Assembly (NCBI GenBank): GCA_964478135.1
Contig: CAYZGQ010000001.1
Coordinates: 3,365-67,364 of the forward strand
DNA length: 64,000 nucleotides
Reading direction: 5' to 3'
From: an uncultured Candidatus Saccharibacteria bacterium
GTDB taxonomy: Bacteria; Patescibacteriota; UBA1384; GWA2-35-9; CAYZGQ01
The position numbers were made by a program, and so were the translations under genes. Below, in pieces: positions 47,096 to 54,223 of this stretch. Positions within the stretch are counted from its first letter, which is position 1. Each line of letters begins with the position of its first letter. The notes under the pieces were generated by a model, which did not search any database, was not told the DNA's origin, and was given only the letters and a program-made list of their open reading frames with translations.

Positions 47096-48154
47096 ATGGT
47101 TCTAATCACAGTTGTCGCCCTGATTTTAATCCTTGGAGTGATTATTTTCGTCCACGAGTTAGGGCATTTTTTGACCGCCCGCTTATTCGGTTTTAAAGTT
47201 GATGAGTTCGCCTTTGGCTTTGGCCCAAGGATATTTAAAAGACAATCTAAGCAAACTCTTTTCAGCGTTAACGCTTTTCCGCTGGGAGGCTATGTTAAGC
47301 TCCATGGCGAGGGTCAGGCTCTTGATGATTCTGATTCATTTGAGACAAAACCGATCTTACATAGAGCGGCGGTTGTCTTAGCGGGCGTGGCGATGAACTT
47401 GATTTTAGCTTGGTTGGTATTGAGTTTTTGGTACTTATTGGTGATTGTTCAGCCGCCCGACAACTCGGTGATTGTCGGTCGGGTTATTGCCGGTGGTTCA
47501 GCCCAGGCGGCTGGAATTCAAGCCGGTGATTTGCTCGTCCAGGGTGACTCGGTCAGATTTGAGCACGCCCGGGCGGTGGCCGAGTTTACTCGATCTCATA
47601 CCGGACAAACTGTCGAACTGGTGGTGCGGCGATTTGGCAAGGATGTTGTCAAGAGAGTCAAGCTAGGTGATGATCCAACCGCTCCACTTGGACTAGCCCC
47701 GATTGACTTAGTTGATCTTCCGGAAGGCTTAGAGGTTGGTCGTTCATCCCTGTATGCCCTTCAAGAAGTAACTTTAGTTATCAAAGCCAACAGTCAGTTT
47801 ATTGGTCAGCTTGTGACCGGTATTTTTAGCCGGGCTCCGGCCCCTGTAGGCGAGGTGGCTGGTCCGGTCGGGATTTATGGTTACTTGTCTCAAATGGTTT
47901 CGATTGGCCCGATTTTTGTGCTCCGTTTTAGCGCAATCTTGTCGCTAGTGGTGGCTTTTTTCAACATTTTGCCCATTCCAGCCCTTGACGGCGGGCGGCT
48001 ATTTTTTATCTTGATTGAGGGTCTAGCCGGCCGGAAATTAGTCCGCCAGCAGATCGAGCAGGCGGTCCACGCAGTTGGTTTTGTCTTTCTGGTCGGTCTG
48101 ATCCTTTTAGTAACGTATCAAGATATCGCAAAGCTGATTGGCAGTCGGCTCTAA
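47096..48154 (+). CDS. rseP: RIP site-2 metalloprotease (M50, RseP-like) with PDZ domain
   Basis: HELGHFLTARLFGFKVDEFAFGFGP, a PDZ domain (GSAQAAGIQAGDLLV), and NILPIPALDGGRL. Confidence 0.85.
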   Translation: MVLITVVALILILGVIIFVHELGHFLTARLFGFKVDEFAFGFGPRIFKRQSKQTLFSVNAFPLGGYVKLHGEGQALDDSDSFETKPILHRAAVVLAGVAMNLILAWLVLSFWYLLVIVQPPDNSVIVGRVIAGGSAQAAGIQAGDLLVQGDSVRFEHARAVAEFTRSHTGQTVELVVRRFGKDVVKRVKLGDDPTAPLGLAPIDLVDLPEGLEVGRSSLYALQEVTLVIKANSQFIGQLVTGIFSRAPAPVGEVAGPVGIYGYLSQMVSIGPIFVLRFSAILSLVVAFFNILPIPALDGGRLFFILIEGLAGRKLVRQQIEQAVHAVGFVFLVGLILLVTYQDIAKLIGSRL

Positions 48155-48268
48155 CCGACTTAAGCTAAAAGTCAAGGTCCAAAATGAAAAATAACGCTCA
48201 AAAACGTCAGCCCTTTTTGATTTTTAAGTTGCAGTTTTGCTCTTTTCGCTTTACTCTTTGAACAGAGT

Positions 48269-49528
48269 ATGCGTTTCAGCCAGCTTATAACTAAAACCTT
48301 GCGGGATGAACCCAAGGATGAGCAATCGATCAGCGCGCGATTGCTCATCCGGGCTGGTTTTATTCATAAAAACATGGCTGGGGTTCACTCGTTTTTGCCC
48401 CTTGGTTTGAGGGTTTTGCGCAAGATCGAGCAGATTATTCGCCAGGAAATGGACCGGATCGGAGCTCAAGAGGTTTTGCTCAACGCGCTCCAGTCAAAAG
48501 AGCTCTGGCTTAAAACCGGTCGTTGGCAGAGCGCCAACCAAGTAATGTACCAGTTTAAAGATCACTCGGGCAAAGAGCTTGGATTGGGCTGGACCCACGA
48601 AGAAGTGGTGGTTGACATTATGACTCACCACATTCAGTCCTACCACGATCTACCCAAAGCAATCTATCAGATTCAGACCAAGTTTCGCCACGAACCCCGA
48701 GCCAAGTCAGGCATTTTGCGAGGCCGTGAGTTTGGCATGAAAGATCTTTATTCGTTTCACCTCGATGGTGACGATTTGGATCGCTACTACGACATAGTTA
48801 AGGATGCCTATCTCACGATTTTTAAGAGGGTTCATCTTGATAATGTTTGGTTGACCGAAGCCTCGGGCGGACAGTTTTCTAAACTCTCACACGAGTTTCA
48901 GGTTGTCTCTGGCAGTGGAGAGGATACGATTTATACTTGCGATGAGTGTCGGTTTGCTCGAAACGCCGAATTGATTGATCAGTCTGGTCTGCGCTGTCCA
49001 ATGGGTCATCCCTTGACCAAACAGCCGGCGATTGAGGTTGGCAACATCTTTAAGCTCGGATCTCGTTTTAGCCAGGCGGTCGGTCTTTTTGTGACCGATC
49101 AAAGTGGAGTCCGCCAGCCGGTTATTATGGCGTCATATGGGATAGGTACAGGTCGGCTGATGGGTGCGATTGTTGAGCTGTTTCACGATGATCGAGGAAT
49201 CGTCTGGCCAGCCCAGCTAGCACCCTATCAGATCCATTTGATTGATTTAAAAACCAGCAATCACCAGCAAGCAACACGGACTAAGGCTGAAACAATCTAT
49301 CGCAAGCTGACTGAACATGGTTTTACGGTCCTGTGGGATGACCGCGACCAAGTCTCACCGGGGGAAATGTTTAATGATGCTGACTTGATTGGTTCTCCTG
49401 TCCGCTTGGTTGTGGGCGGTAGAGTGTCAGACGGTCGGGTTGAACTCAAACAGCGAGTCCAAGAAGACGTGATACAGGTTATCGATCAGAATGTGGTTGA
49501 CCAATTGATCAAGATGGGGTATACTTAA
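48269..49528 (+). CDS. proS: prolyl-tRNA synthetase, bacterial-type N-terminus but lacking the INS editing domain (419 aa)
   Basis: MRFSQLITKTLRDEPKDEQSISARLLIRAGFI..., motif 2 FRHEPRAKSGILRGREFGMKD, and motif 3 ASYGIGTGRL. Only about 80 aa separate motifs 2 and 3. Confidence 0.9.
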   Translation: MRFSQLITKTLRDEPKDEQSISARLLIRAGFIHKNMAGVHSFLPLGLRVLRKIEQIIRQEMDRIGAQEVLLNALQSKELWLKTGRWQSANQVMYQFKDHSGKELGLGWTHEEVVVDIMTHHIQSYHDLPKAIYQIQTKFRHEPRAKSGILRGREFGMKDLYSFHLDGDDLDRYYDIVKDAYLTIFKRVHLDNVWLTEASGGQFSKLSHEFQVVSGSGEDTIYTCDECRFARNAELIDQSGLRCPMGHPLTKQPAIEVGNIFKLGSRFSQAVGLFVTDQSGVRQPVIMASYGIGTGRLMGAIVELFHDDRGIVWPAQLAPYQIHLIDLKTSNHQQATRTKAETIYRKLTEHGFTVLWDDRDQVSPGEMFNDADLIGSPVRLVVGGRVSDGRVELKQRVQEDVIQVIDQNVVDQLIKMGYT

Positions 49529-49557
49529 ACTACTAACTAAATTTCCAAGGAGGTTCG

Positions 49558-49842
49558 ATGGACGATTCAATGAATCCCGTTGGCGGTGGTACGGGTGCCG
49601 GCGATACCGGTTCTACCGACACTGGCGCCGGGGCTGTTCCTAGTACGCCAAGCGGCGACACCAGTACGGGGGATGCAGATCAAACCCCTGCTTCTGGGGG
49701 GGGTAGCTCGGTCCCAACGCCCCCAGCTCCTTCTGGCGGCGATGGTGGTTGGACTCCTGCTGGGGCTGATACAGCTAGCATACCAGATGGTGATTCCGAT
49801 TATTCGGCCGACGCAGTTCCAACTCCACCCGCCGGTCAGTAA
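49558..49842 (+). CDS. small acidic G/T/P/D-rich (probably disordered) protein
   Basis: GGAGG-N4-ATG, 94 aa, and a strong terminator immediately downstream. No TM helix or signal peptide. Low-complexity sequence. Confidence 0.5.
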   Translation: MDDSMNPVGGGTGAGDTGSTDTGAGAVPSTPSGDTSTGDADQTPASGGGSSVPTPPAPSGGDGGWTPAGADTASIPDGDSDYSADAVPTPPAGQ

Positions 49843-49863
49843 CCCGAATTTGTCGCCAAACAT

Positions 49864-49895
49864 CCAAAAACAACCCCTTAAGGGGTCGTTTTTGG
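49864..49895 (+). terminator. intrinsic terminator
   Basis: CCAAAAACAACCCC-ttaa-GGGGTCGTTTTTGG forms a 14-bp stem with one mismatch. The 3' arm ends in a T run. Confidence 0.7.
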
Positions 49896-50024
49896 ATGCT
49901 GGTTGTGATAGATTGAGTTAAGCGATCATTGTGCCCCGGTTGCGAACAACTATTGTCTAGTTTTTTCCAGTCCCAGTCCCAGTCTTTATTGCTAGTTGTC
50001 ACTATCTAACTTTTATGTAAAGTA

Positions 50025-50777
50025 ATGATTGGTTACCCGCTGATTATTGGCAACTGGAAGATGATGACGACCTTGTCCGACGCGATGGTAGTGCTCTCGA
50101 TGCTTAAAAAGCGGGCCGAGGGGCTGGGACAGGTTGAAATCGTACCCTGCCCACCCTTTGTTTATTTAGTTCCAGCCAAAGAAGAGCTGGCGCGCGCCCC
50201 CCACAACCTTAAGCTGGGCGCGCAGAGTGTTTTTTGGAAGGAGCAAGGGGCTTACACTGGTCAGATTTCAATTAAAATGCTCAAGGGTTTAGTTGATTAT
50301 GTAATCGTTGGTCACAGCGAGGTCATGCGCTGGGGCTATGAAACGTTAGATCAAGTTAGTCGCAAAGTTAATTTGTGTCTTGATTACGGTCTAACCCCGA
50401 TAATTTGCCTAGGTGAGGAGCACAAAAGCGATCACTCCAGCGCGACACTAGGACGCAATCTCCAATTGATTCTCAAAAACGTCCCAAAGGCTGATTTTGA
50501 CAAGTTGGTTATCTGCTACGAGCCGGTTTGGGCGATTTCCAGGGGCGATCTTAAAACAAGCCAAGCCGCCAGCGGCAGTTATGCCCAAAAAATGGCTTCC
50601 AAAATTCGCCAGGTTATTGGAGGCCAAGGCCGTATTCTCTACGGCGGGTCAGTCACAGCCGAAAACGCGGTCGAGTTTTTGCACCAGGATGATATCCAAG
50701 GTTTATTGGTTGGGGCGGCGTCACTTAAGGCAAGAGAGTTTTTAGCGATCTGCGAGCTAGCGAGCGATCTGGGCTAG
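50025..50777 (+). CDS. tpiA: triosephosphate isomerase
   Basis: IIGNWKM, GAYTGQIS, VIVGHSE, ICYEPVWAI, and YGGSV.... Confidence 0.9.
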   Translation: MIGYPLIIGNWKMMTTLSDAMVVLSMLKKRAEGLGQVEIVPCPPFVYLVPAKEELARAPHNLKLGAQSVFWKEQGAYTGQISIKMLKGLVDYVIVGHSEVMRWGYETLDQVSRKVNLCLDYGLTPIICLGEEHKSDHSSATLGRNLQLILKNVPKADFDKLVICYEPVWAISRGDLKTSQAASGSYAQKMASKIRQVIGGQGRILYGGSVTAENAVEFLHQDDIQGLLVGAASLKAREFLAICELASDLG

Positions 50778-50808
50778 TCAGACTTATGGAAATAATTAGC
50801 TGCCAGCT

Positions 50809-51867
50809 GTGAAACTAAGAACCGTCAAGAACGTTAGTTGTTCGGGCCAACGAGTTTTGGTCAGAACCGGTTTCGATGTTCCGATTAAAAGTGGTCGGGT
50901 CCTAGATATTGGCAGGCTCGAAGCCGCTGGCCCAACCTTAAAGTATTTGATTAAGCGCCAAGCTCGTTTGATTATCGCGTCTCATCAGGGCCGTCCTGAT
51001 GGAAAATTTTTAGCCGCCTTGAGTCTTAGGCCGATCATAAAGGTGATTGAACGACTGCTTAATCGGCCGGTTATTTTTGCCAAGAGATGCGTTGGCGTTC
51101 AAACTAGAAAAATGGTCAGTCAGCTTGTGCCAGGCGAGGTAATGTTGCTTGAAAACTTGCGTTTTGAGCCGGGTGAGACGGCCAACGATCCAAGTTTTGC
51201 CCGTCAACTGGCCGGATTGTGCGACATTTATGTCAACGAGGCTTTCCCTAACTGTCATCGAAACCACGCCAGCATGACCGGTCTGGCTAAACTTGTGCCA
51301 GCCTACGCCGGGTTTCAAGTTGAACAAGAGGTTTTTCAGCTTTCCAAGCTCCTGGCGTCTCCGGCTAAACCATTTGTGGTGATTATCGGCGGAGCCAAGG
51401 TTGAGGACAAAGCGTCAGTCATCGATCGGTTAAAGAGCAAGGCCGATTGGGTGCTGGTCGGCGGTAAGACAGCCCTTGAAATTAACCAGCGCGGTTTGTA
51501 TCGAGCTGACAAAAACGTCTTGGTCGCTGATGATTTTGTCCTGGACGAATCAGGTGTCAAGCTTGATATTAGCCGAAAGGTTGTCGATTGGTTTACCCCG
51601 AAGATTTTGAAGGCCCAAACTATTTTTTGGAATGGCAATCTAGGCAAGACCGAGGATGCCCGTTTTAGGGCTGGCAGCGAGACGATTGGGGCGCTTGTGG
51701 CCAATTCGTCAGCCGTGAGCGTGATTGGCGGCGGCGATACAGCCAACCTTGTCCGAGAGTTAGGGATTGCTCGCAAGATGACCTTTATCTCAACCGGCGG
51801 CGGGGCGACGACCCAATTTCTGGCTACCGGCGGACGTTTGCCAGGACTCGAACCGCTCTATCGTTAG
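50809..51867 (+). CDS. pgk: phosphoglycerate kinase (short, 352 aa)
   Basis: GTG start. RVLVRTGFDVP, ASHQGRP, LENLRF..GE, and C-terminal ISTGGGA... Confidence 0.9.
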   Translation: MKLRTVKNVSCSGQRVLVRTGFDVPIKSGRVLDIGRLEAAGPTLKYLIKRQARLIIASHQGRPDGKFLAALSLRPIIKVIERLLNRPVIFAKRCVGVQTRKMVSQLVPGEVMLLENLRFEPGETANDPSFARQLAGLCDIYVNEAFPNCHRNHASMTGLAKLVPAYAGFQVEQEVFQLSKLLASPAKPFVVIIGGAKVEDKASVIDRLKSKADWVLVGGKTALEINQRGLYRADKNVLVADDFVLDESGVKLDISRKVVDWFTPKILKAQTIFWNGNLGKTEDARFRAGSETIGALVANSSAVSVIGGGDTANLVRELGIARKMTFISTGGGATTQFLATGGRLPGLEPLYR

Positions 51868-51971
51868 TTTTTAGACTTGTCAAGTCTACTGGTAGCCCTA
51901 CATGCTCTGAACAATGTCAGTTAATTATGATTTGAACCTTGTTAGGTTTTTGTAATTATCAGTGTCAGAGG

Positions 51972-52000
51972 TTTACAATCAAACCTTGATTAGTTATGGT
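51972..52000 (+). promoter_or_regulatory. putative promoter of the ASCH / hotdog / reductase unit
   Basis: TTTACA 51972-51977, a 17-nt spacer, then TATGGT 51995-52000. GGAGG-N4-ATG of the first gene follows at 52009-52020. Confidence 0.45.
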
Positions 52001-52017
52001 GAGCGGCTGGAGGAGAT

Positions 52018-52410
52018 ATGGCAAAGCATCTGGCTATTTTTAGCCCTAATCAACTGATCGAAAAAATTTTTCGCTCTATCAAGACGGTTGATGGTCGCTT
52101 GACCCAAGACCGAGTCGCTCCCTATGGGTTGGTTAAAAAAGGCGACACAATCCTGATTAAAATCAGCGGCGGACCGGTTTTAGGTCAGGTTGAAGTGGAT
52201 AACGTTTTGTTTTTTGAGCTGACAGATGGGGAACTATTGGGTAAACTTCGGAAAGAGTATGGGGCTGACATGGCGGTTGACGATCGTTTCTGGGAACTTA
52301 AACGAGAGGCCCGCTTTGCCAGCATCATCTTCTTAACCAAACCCAAACGTTACCTGACGGCGCTCAAGTTCAAAAAGCGCGATCGCCGGGCTTGGGTCGT
52401 AGTGGGATAA
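52018..52410 (+). CDS. ASCH (PUA-like) domain protein
   Basis: 130 aa. IFSPNQLIEKIFRSIKTVDGRL....VKKGDTILIK..GGPVLGQVEVDNV fits the ASCH pattern (...I..G.KT.E.R.....i..GD.i.l......v.g.v.v..v). Confidence 0.5.
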   Translation: MAKHLAIFSPNQLIEKIFRSIKTVDGRLTQDRVAPYGLVKKGDTILIKISGGPVLGQVEVDNVLFFELTDGELLGKLRKEYGADMAVDDRFWELKREARFASIIFLTKPKRYLTALKFKKRDRRAWVVVG

Positions 52411-52427
52411 AAGAAGGAGGTTGTCCT

Positions 52428-52544
52428 TTGACAATTATTCGTCGGTCGATTTTATCGGTCGGCTCGTGCATTTTAATGGCGGAAAATTTGTCGGATTGTG
52501 GGATTAGTGGATCGATGGCAAAGCTAAAAGGAGGTAGGGAATGA
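52428..52544 (+). CDS. candidate 38-codon small ORF (below ORF-track threshold)
   Basis: The orphan strong SD GAAGGAGG 52413-52420 sits 7 nt upstream of TTG 52428. Translation is MTIIRRSILSVGSCILMAENLSDCGISGSMAKLKGGRE. Its TGA overlaps the ATG of the next gene (ATGA 52541-52544). Confidence 0.3.
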   Translation: MTIIRRSILSVGSCILMAENLSDCGISGSMAKLKGGRE

Positions 52545-53404
52545 ACAATCTTACTCTAGAAAATCTTTCCTTGCCCAAGGAAGATTATTTTAAGATCAAC
52601 TTTCAAGTTACCGATGAGATGTGCCTGGGTCATTTTGATCCCAAACGACACTACGGGGTCTTGCCTGGTGCGTACCTTTTTGGGTTGGTTTGTGATTATT
52701 TCACCCAGAATAATAACCGTTCAATCACTGCAATTACTAAAGCTCAATTTACCCGACTGATACTACCGAGCATGGAGGTGTTAATCGAAGTTTGGATCAA
52801 GGGCAATCAGGTAAGAGTGGTTTGTTTTGCCGAAGGCCGGTCGGCGGCTACCATGGATCTGTTGCTGACCGAGTTGTCCGGGTCACAGGACGATTGCCCA
52901 GGCGCAGTGTCTTTGGCCGGAACTTATCTCCCATCCGATCAACTTAATGACTTATTGCCGTTTAGTTCTGATTTTATATTGATTCGGGATGTCGTAATCG
53001 GAGAGGATTGTTCCTTCTGTCTTGTTAGATCGAAACAAGACCCTCGTTTTTTTGACGATCAAAGGTTAAAATTGTCGGGTCTGATCGAAGCCGGTAATCA
53101 TTTATTAATCACTCACGTCTTATCACTCCATCAGGAGCTCGTCGGACAGGTGCCGTTTCTGGTCAGGCTGACCGATGTCAGCTTCTCGGGCCCTCGACTG
53201 GTTAATCCGAATTGTGTTCTACTGATGGTTGATAATCTTAATATGCGAGGTAATCACGGACGTGCTCGAGTAATCGGCTGTCAGACGGATGTAACAGAAA
53301 TCTACCGGGCTCAAGTTAGCTTCCGTAGTGACTCAAGTGGTGTCGAGCATAAATACCAACCCGGTACGCCAGTACCGAGCAACCCATCCCCAGCTTTGCC
53401 TTGA
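52541..53404 (+). CDS. tandem (double) hotdog-fold protein, FabZ/FabA-like
   Basis: The N-half has CLGHFDPKRHYGVLPGAYLFG (compare FabZ GHFPGKPIFPGVLILEA). The C-half has DPRFFDDQRLKLSGLIEAGNHL. See the findings for details. Confidence 0.6.
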   Translation: MNNLTLENLSLPKEDYFKINFQVTDEMCLGHFDPKRHYGVLPGAYLFGLVCDYFTQNNNRSITAITKAQFTRLILPSMEVLIEVWIKGNQVRVVCFAEGRSAATMDLLLTELSGSQDDCPGAVSLAGTYLPSDQLNDLLPFSSDFILIRDVVIGEDCSFCLVRSKQDPRFFDDQRLKLSGLIEAGNHLLITHVLSLHQELVGQVPFLVRLTDVSFSGPRLVNPNCVLLMVDNLNMRGNHGRARVIGCQTDVTEIYRAQVSFRSDSSGVEHKYQPGTPVPSNPSPALP

Positions 53405-54152
53405 ACCGGCTAAAACGGTGGTAATAACTGGCGGATCGGGGACGATCGGTCGAGCGATGGTCTGGCAATTCGGGGCCAATGGCTGCGACGTAGTGGTCCA
53501 GTATAATAGAGACGAACCGGCGGCTCGATTTACTGCCGAGTCAGCCCAACGGCAGTTTGGGGTCAAGACCTGGCTTGTCCAGCAAGATTTTGCTCAACCA
53601 GGATCTGGCAAGAATTTCTGGCTCAATGTCAAAGCTATAGTCGGCCAAACCCCGGACATTCTGGTCATCAATGCCGGTTTCCTTGGCATCGGATCAAACG
53701 GGCTTTCCCTGACTGAAGAAGAATTATATGACAGTATCCAAGTCAACGCCGTGCAACCGTTTTTCTTAATGCAGGCGATGATGAATGACCCGGACACCCC
53801 CTCTGATTCCCAAATCTTGGTCCATCTTTCTAAGGGTTGGGACAAGTGGCTGCCCGGTTACGCTGGATTAGGCATGGCCAAAGCCCTTCTGATGCGGATG
53901 GTCATTGAACTAGCCCAAGTAGGAGCGCCCCGCCGTATTTGCGTCAACGCCATTACGAGCGACCTAGTTGCCCAGACCGACGTTATGAATTGGTTTCCCC
54001 CTCATGAGGTCGCGCTCCACCTCGATCGGATGCCCTTTGGGAGACTGATATACCCAGAGGATGTGGCAATATTTTTCTGCCACACTGCCTGTAACTTAGG
54101 TGTTACCGGCCAAAACCTTGTGTTCGATGGCGGGGTAGGGAATGTAGCATGA
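53328..54152 (+). CDS. SDR-family enoyl-[ACP] reductase-like protein (FabL/FabI-type Y-x6-K)
   Basis: VVITGGSGTIGRA (TGxxxGxG), NAG, and PGYAGLGMAKALL (Y-x6-K, as in FabI NYNVMGLAKASLE and FabL NYTTVGVSKAALE). The GTG start at 53328 has no SD and overlaps the hotdog gene by 77 nt in the +1 frame, so the start is uncertain. Confidence 0.7.
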   Translation: MTQVVSSINTNPVRQYRATHPQLCLEPAKTVVITGGSGTIGRAMVWQFGANGCDVVVQYNRDEPAARFTAESAQRQFGVKTWLVQQDFAQPGSGKNFWLNVKAIVGQTPDILVINAGFLGIGSNGLSLTEEELYDSIQVNAVQPFFLMQAMMNDPDTPSDSQILVHLSKGWDKWLPGYAGLGMAKALLMRMVIELAQVGAPRRICVNAITSDLVAQTDVMNWFPPHEVALHLDRMPFGRLIYPEDVAIFFCHTACNLGVTGQNLVFDGGVGNVA

Positions 54153-54163
54153 GATTTTCAGTC

Positions 54164-54190
54164 AAAGAAGGCCCAAACAGGCCTTCTTTT
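54164..54190 (+). terminator. intrinsic terminator
   Basis: AAAGAAGGCC-caaaca-GGCCTTCTTT forms a perfect 10-bp stem that runs into a T tract, 12 nt after the reductase stop. Confidence 0.8.
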
Positions 54191-54223
54191 GAGAGCCGGG
54201 TCGTGCTAGAGTAATTGGCACAG

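Noticed and set aside
49567-50002. Three ORFs of 75-113 aa overlapping or antisense to the 94-aa acidic gene and the terminator.
   Set aside because: They are shadow frames of a GC-rich low-complexity stretch. Only the 49558 frame has the GGAGG-N4-ATG signal and ends just before the terminator.
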